64,000 nucleotides of DNA. It comes from an uncultured Chitinophagales bacterium. Its GTDB lineage: Bacteria; Bacteroidota; Ignavibacteria; UBA10030; UBA6906. Under the pieces are notes generated by a model, which did not search any database, was not told the DNA's origin, and saw nothing but the letters and a program-made list of their open reading frames with translations. The position numbers and the translations under genes are program-made. The DNA is taken from NCBI GenBank assembly GCA_964444145.1, contig CAYUFU010000005.1, forward strand, positions 1,667 through 65,666, written 5' to 3'. Shown in pieces: positions 53,293 to 62,679 of the stretch; position 1 is the first letter of the stretch; each line of letters opens with the position of its first letter.

Positions 53293-54138
53293 ATGGCAGA
53301 CGACAATGAAGTGAAGAGAGATGAGCCTAAGTCGCTCCCGCCGATAGGGTCGTCGAAGCCTGTGGGTGGAGCGAAGACGCTGCCGCCCCTCACAAGTGCG
53401 AAGCCTGTTGGCGGTGCAAAGCTGCCACCGCTCGCGTCAGCAAAGCCGGTCGGCGTTGCAGCAACCACGCCTGCACCAACGGCGAAGCCTGTTGCCCCTC
53501 AGCAACCTGTGCAGCCTGCGAGTTCACCAATTGTCCCTACTACCCATGCCGTCTCAACACCACCAGCTCCGCAGCCGCGCGCTGCTGCAGTCCCAAAAGC
53601 CGAACCACGCAAAGCCAAACAAGACAAGCCACCGGAAAACGATAACGGCATCTGGCGTATGAGCCGGAAGAATTTTCTGAATGTGGCAGGGTGGTTTGGC
53701 TTCATAAGTTTTCTCGTGACCGCAACGTTGGGTGCAATTCGCTTGATGGTGCCGCGTGTTCTGTACGAGGCGCCGTCCGCATTCAAAGCCGGCTTTCCCG
53801 AAGATTACATCATCGGCGAAGTGAATGAGAAGTACAAAGATGAATTCCGTGTATGGATCGTGCGCGACACCGAGGGCTTTTACGCGCTCTCGGCGATTTG
53901 CACACACCTCGGCTGCACTCCCCGTTGGGCGCCGTCGGAGAATAAATTCAAATGCCCTTGCCACGGCAGCGGTTACCACAAAGACGGTGTTAACTTCGAG
54001 GGTCCAACCCCTCGACCACTCGAGCGCCTGAAAATCACCTTAGCCGACGATGGACAGATTCTGATTGATCGCAACATCAAGTTCTTGTACGAGAAACAAG
54101 AGTGGTCAAAACCGGATGCTTTCTTGAAGTATTCATGA
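53293..54138 (+). CDS. Rieske [2Fe-2S] protein with long N-terminal Pro/Ala/Lys-rich extension
   Basis: Cluster boxes [10 protein letters not shown] and CPCHGSGY. A Tat-like [10 protein letters not shown] plus TM helix begins at about aa 123. An alternative start at ATG 53659 would remove the extension. Confidence 0.85.
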   Translation: MADDNEVKRDEPKSLPPIGSSKPVGGAKTLPPLTSAKPVGGAKLPPLASAKPVGVAATTPAPTAKPVAPQQPVQPASSPIVPTTHAVSTPPAPQPRAAAVPKAEPRKAKQDKPPENDNGIWRMSRKNFLNVAGWFGFISFLVTATLGAIRLMVPRVLYEAPSAFKAGFPEDYIIGEVNEKYKDEFRVWIVRDTEGFYALSAICTHLGCTPRWAPSENKFKCPCHGSGYHKDGVNFEGPTPRPLERLKITLADDGQILIDRNIKFLYEKQEWSKPDAFLKYS

Positions 54139-54154
54139 ATTACCCGGGGTTTCA

Positions 54155-54946
54155 ATGTTAGGCATACTCGATCAGTTAAAGGCAAAATTCGAGCGGACGG
54201 ACGTTTACAAATCCATCTTCCGTCACGGGTACGAGGATACGCAACGCAATCGCGCACTCGCGATTGTGGATAATGTGTTCTTGCACTTGCATCCCGTTCG
54301 GGTTGGGAGACATGCGACGAATATCGGCTTCACATGGGGAATGGGAGGAATCACGTTCTTGCTTTTCATCGTTCTCACTATCACCGGCGTGATCCTGATG
54401 TTCTATTACCGTCCCGCCGCCGAGTACGCCTACGATGATATGAAATTCTTGATGAATGATGTTGCCTTTGGCCCGCTGATGCGCAACATGCACCGCTGGG
54501 CAGCCCACGCTATGGTCATCACGGTTATGTTGCACATGTTCCGCGTCTTCCTTACGGGCTCGTACAAACCGCCGCGGCAATTCAATTGGGTCATCGGGGT
54601 TCAGCTTCTCACGCTGACGCTCTTCTTGAGTTTTACCGGCTACTTGCTTCCGTGGGACCAGCTTGCTATTTGGGCGGTGACGGTGGGAACGAACATGGCT
54701 CGTGCAACGCCGTTGCTCGGCCACGAAGGTCCCTTTGGGCCCGAACTTGGAATGCGTATTGACAACGACGTTCGCTTCGTTCTTCTTGGCGGGACGCAAG
54801 TAGGTCCGCCAACGCTGCTACGGTTTTATGTCTTGCATTGCATTTTCCTTCCGCTCGTAGCAGCGATTCTGATGGTTGTCCATTTCTGGCGCGTACGAAA
54901 AGACGGCGGAATATCGGGACCTGATGTGACCACGAAGAAATTCTAA
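54155..54946 (+). CDS. Cytochrome b (b6-like, N-terminal 4-helix part)
   Basis: 263-aa ORF with haem-ligand His contexts ([21 protein letters not shown]) and the split-cytochrome-b layout. Confidence 0.9.
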   Translation: MLGILDQLKAKFERTDVYKSIFRHGYEDTQRNRALAIVDNVFLHLHPVRVGRHATNIGFTWGMGGITFLLFIVLTITGVILMFYYRPAAEYAYDDMKFLMNDVAFGPLMRNMHRWAAHAMVITVMLHMFRVFLTGSYKPPRQFNWVIGVQLLTLTLFLSFTGYLLPWDQLAIWAVTVGTNMARATPLLGHEGPFGPELGMRIDNDVRFVLLGGTQVGPPTLLRFYVLHCIFLPLVAAILMVVHFWRVRKDGGISGPDVTTKKF

Positions 54947-54949
54947 TCC

Positions 54950-55834
54950 ATGGAACACCTGCTCAAAATAATTTCCAAGCCCGATAATCTTCCGATAATC
55001 CTCATGCTCGTTCTGACGATCTTCTACACATGGCTTGCCATGAAAAAAGCGCTGAAGAACGATCGTCAGGAGATTTCTGAAGAAGCAAAGCAATCCGACA
55101 AGGTTCAGGTCTGGCCCTATCTCGTCAAAGTTGAATTCCTCGGGGCACTTGTCGTGATGGTGATTCTCACTTTCTGGTCGTTTCTGCTCGATGCTCCGCT
55201 GGAGGAGCCAGCTAACCCCGCACTCACGCCGAACCCATCGAAAGCGCCATGGTATTTTCTCGGCTTGCAGGAAATTTTGGTTTACTTCGATCCATGGATA
55301 GCGGGCGTCGTGCTGCCAACGTTCATCATTCTTGGGCTAAGCGTCATTCCTTACGTTGACATCAACCCCAAAGGCAACGGGTATTATACCTTCAAGGAGC
55401 GGAAGTTCGCGATACTCACGTTCTGTTTTGGTTTTCTGATTCTGTGGGTTCTGCTCATCGTGCTCGGTACATTCTTCCGGGGACCCGGATGGAATCTCTT
55501 CTGGCCCTGGGAATACTGGGATACGCATCGCGTTGTTGCGCTCACCAACATTGATTTTACCGAGTTATTCGGTGTACCAACGCGACTCTATGACGATTCA
55601 CTCAATCCTTGGGCAATGGTCTTCGGCAGCGCTGTCGTGTTGGGGTGGTACGGTTTGGCAGTTGCATATTGGTTCTGGAAAAAAGACACCGATATCATGA
55701 AAAAGCTAGGACCGATTCGCTACAGCATTGTTGCATTCTTTTTTATGACCATGATGGCGTTGCCGGTGAAGATTATTTTGCGACTGACTCTCAACGTGAA
55801 GTATATTTTGGTCACTCCGTTTTTCAACATCTAA
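54950..55834 (+). CDS. Cytochrome b C-terminal part / subunit IV-like, extended
   Basis: 294-aa ORF with the PEWYF-equivalent KAPWYFLGLQEIL and additional TM helices beyond a typical PetD. Confidence 0.8.
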   Translation: MEHLLKIISKPDNLPIILMLVLTIFYTWLAMKKALKNDRQEISEEAKQSDKVQVWPYLVKVEFLGALVVMVILTFWSFLLDAPLEEPANPALTPNPSKAPWYFLGLQEILVYFDPWIAGVVLPTFIILGLSVIPYVDINPKGNGYYTFKERKFAILTFCFGFLILWVLLIVLGTFFRGPGWNLFWPWEYWDTHRVVALTNIDFTELFGVPTRLYDDSLNPWAMVFGSAVVLGWYGLAVAYWFWKKDTDIMKKLGPIRYSIVAFFFMTMMALPVKIILRLTLNVKYILVTPFFNI

Positions 55835-55861
55835 CGTATTCTCTTTTTGCCTTAGCATCCT

Positions 55862-58471
55862 TTGTTTAGCAAACGATACAACACGCCAATCGAACAGCGC
55901 AATTACAGCACGTACTATCTTGTGCTGTCGGGCTTGCTATTCCTCGGCACGATGTGGGCAGTCGTAGATGAGATCGCGACGCGTCGTCCATGGAAAAACT
56001 ACCAAAAGGATTATTTCGCGATGGCGGATACGCTCGTGCAGCAGCGCATTGATCAAGCTGCAGCGGAGCTTGACTCGTCCGCACTCCATCAAGCGCAAGT
56101 GGAATTGCAAGCCCTCGAAGACTCACTTGAGGGAGCGCCCTACAAAAGCGCCGTCGCGGCATTTGCAACGATATCGCAAGAGCTGATTGACGAAACACGG
56201 GAGTATCAATTCGCGAAAAGTCGTGGCGATGAATGGTACTACTTTTGGAAAAAATCCATCCACGAGGGGAGAGAGGATCTCGGCTTGAAGGGGAAGCTTG
56301 ACAAAGAGTTGGCACAAATGGCAGCCCACCAAGAAAAGATGAATGTCTTGCAGGCAAAAAAGGATTCTGTCAATGCTGTCCTGCTCTCCTACCGCGATGC
56401 CATCAAGAAGAAACGAGCAGAGATTGCGGAGATGCTGAAGCCTGTCGAGAAATGGCAGACAAAGAAAGCGCGGCTCGACAAGATGCCGGTCGAAATTCGT
56501 CAAGTAATGATGCTCGACTATGACCGCAATCCTTTCAATGATCCCAAAGCACGAATTGATCGCTGTCAGACCTGTCATATCTCATGGAATGAAGAATTCA
56601 CGGAGGAAGCCCCACAGCCGTTCAAACGGCATCCCGTTCCCGAATTGCTTCAAGCACATAATCCTGAAAAGTTTGGCTGCACTCCCTGTCATCGCGGACA
56701 GGGCGCGGCGCTGACCGCCGGTACAGCGCACGGCGAAGACGATCATTATTGGGAAAACCCGCTCCTCAGGGGGAAAGATGTTTGGGCGTCGTGCACGGAA
56801 TGTCATGAGAACGAAAGCGCTCTGAACTTTGCACCCGAGTACACAAAAGCCAAACGCCTGATGATCGAAAACGGCTGCCACGGCTGCCATGAGATCAAAG
56901 GCTTCACGGATTTGCCAAAGATCGGTCCCGAATTGAATCGTCTCGCATACAAAACCAACGCGCATTGGATTTTCGAGTGGATCAAGAAGCCTGAAGCATA
57001 TAATCCGCAAACTCGGATGCCGAACTTCCAATTCACCGACGAACAGGCGGAGGCAGTGACCGCGTTTTTGATGGATGTCTCGAAGAAGAATCCTTTCGAC
57101 TTCACTGCTGCCAAGGGTGCCTACGGAGGAGGAAACGCGCAGCGCGGCAAGCAGGTGTTCGAGACCGTCGGTTGCCAAGCGTGTCACGTCGTAGGGGAGA
57201 TGACCAAGGTGCGTGAAACACGCGGCACGAGTTACGACATTGCCCCCGAATTGTCGCGCGTGGGGAGCAAGGTTTCTCCCGATTGGATGTACGATTGGGT
57301 TCGCAACCCACGTCACTACAATCCAACAACCAAAATGCCCAGTCTTCGATTGACCGATACCGAAGCGAAGGATATTGTTGCATTCTTGGTGACTATGAAA
57401 GATGAGCGCGACCTGCCAAGGACGGAACTGAATCTCTCGTCCGAAGAACGAATTGTGCGAGGTCAAAAGCTTGTGCGCGAGTATGGATGCTACGGCTGCC
57501 ATGCCATTCAAGGGTTCGAGAAAGAAAGCCGCGTCTCCGTCTCACTGTCGAACTTTGGCAGGAAGAAGGTCGAGGAAATGGATTTTGGCGACACGAAGGT
57601 GTCGCACACGTGGGGTGACTGGGTCTTCAACAAACTGAAAAATGCCCGGGTCTTTGCAACCGACCGCATCGAACAGAAAATGCCGGTTTTTTCTTTCACC
57701 GATGACGAGGTGAGATTGTTGCGCGCATTCTTGCTCTCGCAGACGAAGGACATCCCCGATCCAAAATACGTTCGAACCTTCGACAAGAAGCAGATGAATA
57801 TCGAAATGGGCAGACGCGTTGCAATAGTGTACAATTGCCAACAGTGCCACCAATTGGAGAAGGAAGGTGCGTACATTACCTCCATCATCGAGGAGACAGC
57901 ATATCATCCGCCGATCATCACTGGCGAAGGCGCGAAGGTACAAGAACATTGGCTTCACGATTTCTTGAAGCGGCCCTCTGCTATCGGACAAAATTCCGTC
58001 CGTCCGTGGATTCCGACGCGTATGCCGACCTTCAACCTCAATGAAGATGAGATCAACAGGTTGCAGAAGTACTTTCTCGGTCTGAGCAATCAGGAGTACG
58101 AGATTCGTGATTACACTGCATACCGACCCAACGCAGAAACGTTGCCGATTGGGAAACAGGTGTTCGACGACTTCCAATGTTTGAAATGTCATCCATCGGG
58201 GAATGCCGCCGCAAAAGCAGGCGACGTTTCGACGAGCGATCTTGCTCCGAACTTACAGCTTGCGCATTCGCGTTTGAAGCCGGAATGGATTGTGGATTGG
58301 CTTGCCGACCCGGGGAAGATTCAGGAAGGTACGCGCATGCCGACTTTCTTCCCTGACGGTCAATCGCCGTTGCCCGATGTGTTGGGCGGCGATGCGAGGA
58401 AACAGATGGAGGCAATACGCGACTATGTGTGGACGTTGGGGAACGGACGGACGACCGTTGCGAAGAAATAG
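55862..58471 (+). CDS. Membrane-anchored octahaem c-type cytochrome
   Basis: 869-aa ORF (TTG start, uncertain) with an N-terminal TM helix. Eight CxxCH motifs: CQTCH, CTPCH, CTECH, CHGCH, CQACH, CYGCH, CQQCH, CLKCH. The last five are each followed by a (T/Q)(R/K)MP(x)F Met-ligand motif. Confidence 0.85.
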   Translation: MFSKRYNTPIEQRNYSTYYLVLSGLLFLGTMWAVVDEIATRRPWKNYQKDYFAMADTLVQQRIDQAAAELDSSALHQAQVELQALEDSLEGAPYKSAVAAFATISQELIDETREYQFAKSRGDEWYYFWKKSIHEGREDLGLKGKLDKELAQMAAHQEKMNVLQAKKDSVNAVLLSYRDAIKKKRAEIAEMLKPVEKWQTKKARLDKMPVEIRQVMMLDYDRNPFNDPKARIDRCQTCHISWNEEFTEEAPQPFKRHPVPELLQAHNPEKFGCTPCHRGQGAALTAGTAHGEDDHYWENPLLRGKDVWASCTECHENESALNFAPEYTKAKRLMIENGCHGCHEIKGFTDLPKIGPELNRLAYKTNAHWIFEWIKKPEAYNPQTRMPNFQFTDEQAEAVTAFLMDVSKKNPFDFTAAKGAYGGGNAQRGKQVFETVGCQACHVVGEMTKVRETRGTSYDIAPELSRVGSKVSPDWMYDWVRNPRHYNPTTKMPSLRLTDTEAKDIVAFLVTMKDERDLPRTELNLSSEERIVRGQKLVREYGCYGCHAIQGFEKESRVSVSLSNFGRKKVEEMDFGDTKVSHTWGDWVFNKLKNARVFATDRIEQKMPVFSFTDDEVRLLRAFLLSQTKDIPDPKYVRTFDKKQMNIEMGRRVAIVYNCQQCHQLEKEGAYITSIIEETAYHPPIITGEGAKVQEHWLHDFLKRPSAIGQNSVRPWIPTRMPTFNLNEDEINRLQKYFLGLSNQEYEIRDYTAYRPNAETLPIGKQVFDDFQCLKCHPSGNAAAKAGDVSTSDLAPNLQLAHSRLKPEWIVDWLADPGKIQEGTRMPTFFPDGQSPLPDVLGGDARKQMEAIRDYVWTLGNGRTTVAKK

Positions 58472-58587
58472 CGTCACAGAAAAATTCGCTGTGACGTGAA
58501 GGGATGGTTCGTGAGCAGATGGGAACGGTCTGGTCTCCCCATGAGCTGACTTTCTCTCATAATCAACTAAACAACAAAGGAGTACCG

Positions 58588-59265
58588 ATGCATCAACTCA
58601 TTAAGGTAATAATGCTTTCACTGTGTGTCGTGGGTGTTGCAATAGCAGGCGACATCAGCGGCAGCGTGAAGTTCGAGGGAGCGCCGCCGAAGAGCATGCC
58701 GCTGCGCATGGACGCGGACAAGGTTTGCAAAGCCGCACACAAGGCACCGGTGAAGGGTGAAGAGGTAGTCGTGAACACAAACGGGATGTTGAAGAATGTC
58801 CTCGTCTACTTGAAGGACGCCAAAAAATCCGATGCGCCGGCGAAGAAAGTCACCTTTGATCAAAAGGGATGTATCTATTCACCGCATGTTCTTGGAATCC
58901 AAACAGGACAAGAACTTGAAATCGTCAACAGCGATCCTACCCTCCACAACGTGCACTCGCTCTCAAAAGCGAACCCGTCCTTCAACGTTGCGCAGCCGAA
59001 GCAGGGGATGAAGCTCATGAAAAAGTTCGATAAGCCCGAAGTCTTCAAAGTGAAATGCGAAGTTCATACATGGATGGGCGCGTATATCGGCGTGTTCAAT
59101 CACCCGTACTTCGCGGTCACCGATGACAACGGCTCGTTCACTATTCCCAAGGTTCCTGCCGGCGACTACACGATTGAAGCCTGGCATGAAAAGTTTGGGG
59201 TACAATCAGCCAAGGTGAAAGTGGACGCAGCAGGCAAAGCGACGGCGGCTTTCACCTTCAAGTAG
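58588..59265 (+). CDS. Secreted cupredoxin-like (type-1 Cu pattern) protein with beta-sandwich C-terminus
   Basis: GGAG SD before ATG 58588, then a signal peptide. Ligand pattern PTLHNVHS...KCEVHTWM (H...C-x2-H-x2-M, amicyanin-like spacing). C-terminus: DDNGSFTIPKVPAGDYTIEAW. Confidence 0.65.
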   Translation: MHQLIKVIMLSLCVVGVAIAGDISGSVKFEGAPPKSMPLRMDADKVCKAAHKAPVKGEEVVVNTNGMLKNVLVYLKDAKKSDAPAKKVTFDQKGCIYSPHVLGIQTGQELEIVNSDPTLHNVHSLSKANPSFNVAQPKQGMKLMKKFDKPEVFKVKCEVHTWMGAYIGVFNHPYFAVTDDNGSFTIPKVPAGDYTIEAWHEKFGVQSAKVKVDAAGKATAAFTFK

Positions 59266-59414
59266 TTCAGTTCAGTGGTATCCCGAAACTTCAGCGAAGA
59301 GAAAGAACGTTCTCTCATCCTGATGTGAAATCGGCTTCGACACAATACGAGATATTTACCAATCGAGTTGCAGCGTGACTTCTCTGCTGCACTCAGAATT
59401 TAGAAAGGACAGTC

Positions 59415-61229
59415 GTGTCAGACGAAACCTTCAAACATAAATCGCAGAAGCAGATTGAGGGAGTTGGTATCGGTACACATGCCCATGTCCATCACGAAGA
59501 GCATGCGCACCACGACGTGGGCTTTTGGCGCAAATACATTTTTTCAACGGACCACAAGGTGATCGGCATTCAGTACGGGATCACATCGCTGCTGTTCTTG
59601 CTCTTCGGTTTTTCGCTGATGATGATCATGCGCTGGCAACTTGCCTATCCGGGCGAGGCATTTCCGTGGAAGTGGCTCGCTGATTTGATGGGCGCCGAAA
59701 ACATGCCGGACGGCGTCATGCTCCCCGAGTACTACAACCAACTCGGCGCGATGCACGGCACGATCATGGTCTTTCTCGGAGTTGTTCCGCTTGCCGTAGG
59801 GGCGTTTGGCAATTACGTCATGCCGCTGCAAATCGGTGCGGTAGATATGGCGTTCCCGAAACTGAACATGATGAGCTACTGGGTCTATTTTCTTGGCGGC
59901 ACGACGATGCTCGTGAGCTTCTTCCTGCCCGGCGGCGCCGCAAACTCCGGCTGGACGAGCTACGCGCCCCTCTCCGTTATTGCGACAACGGGACAAACCT
60001 TCTGGCTCATCGGCATGGTGTTTCTTATTACGTCTTCGCTGCTTGGCTCGATCAATTTCATCGTGACGATCATTCAATTGCGCGCACACGGGCTGACGTG
60101 GATGCGTCTGCCGTTCTTTGTTTGGGCACAGTTCGTCACGGCGTTTTTGCTGTTGCTTGCGTTTCCGCCGTTGGAAGCCGCAGGAATTCTTCAACTGATG
60201 GACAGGCTGGCGGGGACCAGTTTCTTCATGCCCAGCGGCCTCGTGGTGAGCGGGGTTCCGCTGGCGAACACGGGAGGCGGAAGTCCGTTGCTCTGGCAGC
60301 ACCTGTTCTGGTTTCTCGCGCATCCCGAAGTGTACGTTTTGATTCTCCCCGCAATGGGTATCGTTGGCGAGATTCTGGCGAACAATACACGCAAGCCCTT
60401 GTGGGGCTACAAGTCGCTCGTGTATGCCATAATTTTTCTCGGCTTCATGTCGTTCGTCGTCTGGGCGCACCACATGTTCATGACCGGTATGGGCACGACG
60501 ATCAGCACCTTCTTCCAGACGACGACGATGATTATTTCGATTCCGTCCATCGTCATTCTTACAGCCTTCTTTCTATCGCTCTGGGGTGCGAGCATCCGCT
60601 ACACAACGCCGATGCTATTCGCCCTCGCATTTATTCCAATGTTCGGCATCGGCGGTTTGACCGGCTTGCCGCTTGGGCTTGCGACGCCGGACATTCATTT
60701 GCACGACACATACTACGTCATCGGGCATTTCCATTACGTTGTCGCGCCAGGAACGTTGCTTGCGCTCTTCGGTGGAATCTATTATTGGTATCCTAAAGTA
60801 ACGGGTCGCAAAATGAACGACATGTTGGGTAAGCTGCACTTTTGGGGCTCGTTCATCTTCCTCAACGGCGTCTTTATGCCGATGTTCATTCAAGGTCTTG
60901 CTGGGGTGTCCCGACGATTATACGATGGCGGCGCACAGTACGCACACGCGCAAGGTGTGCTGCAATGGAATGAATTCATGTCCATCTCGGCATGGTGCCT
61001 CGGTCTCGCGCAAATTCCGTTTATTATCAATTTCTTCTGGAGTATGAAGAAAGGCAAGAAAGTAGCGGACAACGTCTGGGAAGCGACGACCTTGGACATG
61101 GCAGCAACAACCTCGCCTCCGCTTGCGCACGGCAACTTCGAACATGTTCCTGAAGTGCATCGCGGTCCGTACGAGTATAGTGTTCCGGGCGCATCACGTG
61201 ATTTCATTCCACAGCATGAGAGGGCATAG
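59415..61229 (+). CDS. ctaD: Haem-copper oxidase subunit I (A-type)
   Basis: 604-aa ORF (GTG start) with YNQLGAMHGTIMVF, GNYVMPLQIGAVDMAFPKLN, WFLAHPEVYVLILP and WAHHMF. Confidence 0.95.
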   Translation: MSDETFKHKSQKQIEGVGIGTHAHVHHEEHAHHDVGFWRKYIFSTDHKVIGIQYGITSLLFLLFGFSLMMIMRWQLAYPGEAFPWKWLADLMGAENMPDGVMLPEYYNQLGAMHGTIMVFLGVVPLAVGAFGNYVMPLQIGAVDMAFPKLNMMSYWVYFLGGTTMLVSFFLPGGAANSGWTSYAPLSVIATTGQTFWLIGMVFLITSSLLGSINFIVTIIQLRAHGLTWMRLPFFVWAQFVTAFLLLLAFPPLEAAGILQLMDRLAGTSFFMPSGLVVSGVPLANTGGGSPLLWQHLFWFLAHPEVYVLILPAMGIVGEILANNTRKPLWGYKSLVYAIIFLGFMSFVVWAHHMFMTGMGTTISTFFQTTTMIISIPSIVILTAFFLSLWGASIRYTTPMLFALAFIPMFGIGGLTGLPLGLATPDIHLHDTYYVIGHFHYVVAPGTLLALFGGIYYWYPKVTGRKMNDMLGKLHFWGSFIFLNGVFMPMFIQGLAGVSRRLYDGGAQYAHAQGVLQWNEFMSISAWCLGLAQIPFIINFFWSMKKGKKVADNVWEATTLDMAATTSPPLAHGNFEHVPEVHRGPYEYSVPGASRDFIPQHERA

Positions 61230-61232
61230 CGC

Positions 61233-61823
61233 ATGAACATTCCCTATACCTCAACAGCGCGCCCCGACACAGGGCTTTGGAACGCGAAGGTGGGCATATG
61301 GCTCTTTCTCGCGAGCGAAGTGATGCTTTTCGGTGCGCTCTTCTCGACCTACGTCCTCCTGCGTGTGAACGCTCCCTCGTGGCCCCACGGCTACGAGATG
61401 ATGAACATTCCGCTTGGGACAGTCAACACCATCATTCTCATCGGCTCCAGCGTCACAATGGTGATGGCTTGGGCGTCGCTCATGATGAAAGATTTTGGCA
61501 AGTACAAACTCTACATGGGCTTGACGATCCTTGCCGCCGTGATCTTCCTCGTCAACAAATACTTTGAGTACTCTGCGGAGTTTCATCATGGTCGCTTCCC
61601 AAGTTCGAGCACGTATCTCGCTACTTATTTTACCCTGACGGGCTTGCACGGCTTGCACATTCTTGGCGGCATCATCGTCAACGCATATCTTTGGGGACCG
61701 GGCAGCAAAATGTGGAAGACCGACCCTCAGCGTTTTACGAACCGCGTCGAAGTCGCAGGGTTGTATTGGCATTTTGTTGATCTGGTGTGGATTTTTCTTT
61801 TTCCCGTTCTGTATTTGCTGTGA
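61233..61823 (+). CDS. ctaE: Cytochrome c oxidase subunit III
   Basis: 196-aa ORF with WLFLASEVMLFGALF and YWHFVDLVWIFLF. Confidence 0.9.
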   Translation: MNIPYTSTARPDTGLWNAKVGIWLFLASEVMLFGALFSTYVLLRVNAPSWPHGYEMMNIPLGTVNTIILIGSSVTMVMAWASLMMKDFGKYKLYMGLTILAAVIFLVNKYFEYSAEFHHGRFPSSSTYLATYFTLTGLHGLHILGGIIVNAYLWGPGSKMWKTDPQRFTNRVEVAGLYWHFVDLVWIFLFPVLYLL

Positions 61824-61870
61824 GCGGCACTCGAGTGCTGTTCCCATACTCAATTATATAAGGAGAAACG

Positions 61871-62179
61871 ATGGACTCTACTCACGTTGAAGACATCAAA
61901 AAGCACGTACGGAAGTATATCATGGTGTTCGTCGCGCTGATGGCGCTGACGGTCGTGACGGTCGCGATTTCTTATTTGCACCTGAGTGTCGGCGCCGCGA
62001 TTACCGTTGCATTGATGGTCGCAACAGTGAAAGCATCGCTGGTCGCAAGTTACTTCATGCACTTGATCTCGGAAAAGAAGCTCATCTACGCGACCCTTTT
62101 GCTCACTGCTGCGTTCTTCGTGTTGCTGATGCTCTTACCGACGCTGACGGAAAACGGAAGCACGAAGTTATTACCGTGA
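61871..62179 (+). CDS. Cytochrome c oxidase subunit IV (prokaryotic small subunit family)
   Basis: 102-aa ORF with 3 TM helices and KHVRKYIMVFVALMALTVVTV, typical of bacterial subunit IV. GGAG SD. Confidence 0.75.
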   Translation: MDSTHVEDIKKHVRKYIMVFVALMALTVVTVAISYLHLSVGAAITVALMVATVKASLVASYFMHLISEKKLIYATLLLTAAFFVLLMLLPTLTENGSTKLLP

Positions 62180-62186
62180 ACTACCT

Positions 62187-62393
62187 ATGTCCCTAAAAGC
62201 ATTTCATATCGCATTCATCATAGTCTCGACTGTGCTCGCGATTGGATTTGGGATCTGGGAGTTGAAGGGCTACGCGACGAGCGACGATGTTCTACAGCTT
62301 ACCGCGGGTATTGTCTCGTTGCTTGCCGCCGCCGGTTTGGTTGTGTACGGCGTTCGTTTTATGCGCAAATTGAAACATGTGAGTATGATATGA
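62187..62393 (+). CDS. Small 2-TM membrane protein, unknown
   Basis: 68-aa ORF with two hydrophobic helices. Its stop overlaps the next start (ATATGA). Confidence 0.5.
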   Translation: MSLKAFHIAFIIVSTVLAIGFGIWELKGYATSDDVLQLTAGIVSLLAAAGLVVYGVRFMRKLKHVSMI

Positions 62394-62650
62394 AAACACA
62401 GTCTGAGCGAGTGAAAAACCTTCTGCGCTGGTTGAGTGTCGTGCTCGTGGTCTGCAGCGCCGAGACCGTGCTTGCGTGCCCGAGTTGTTTCGGGGACCAG
62501 AATTCCGCGGAAGTGCAAGGTATGAAATGGGCTATCCTCAGTTTGCTCGGTGTAACGGGGGGCGTGCTCGCAGCGCTCACGGCGTTTATTTTTTTTCTTC
62601 GCCGCCAAGCAACGCGATTCGACAATCGCTTCTCGGACCGGCTGAACTGA
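62390..62650 (+). CDS. Small signal-anchored protein with CPSC motif and C-terminal TM helix, unknown
   Basis: 86-aa ORF with a signal-like N-terminus, ACPSCFGDQ, then the TM helix WAILSLLGVTGGVLAALTAFIFF. Confidence 0.55.
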   Translation: MKTQSERVKNLLRWLSVVLVVCSAETVLACPSCFGDQNSAEVQGMKWAILSLLGVTGGVLAALTAFIFFLRRQATRFDNRFSDRLN

Positions 62651-62679
62651 TTTTGTTTCTCTAGCAAAGGACAACGAAT

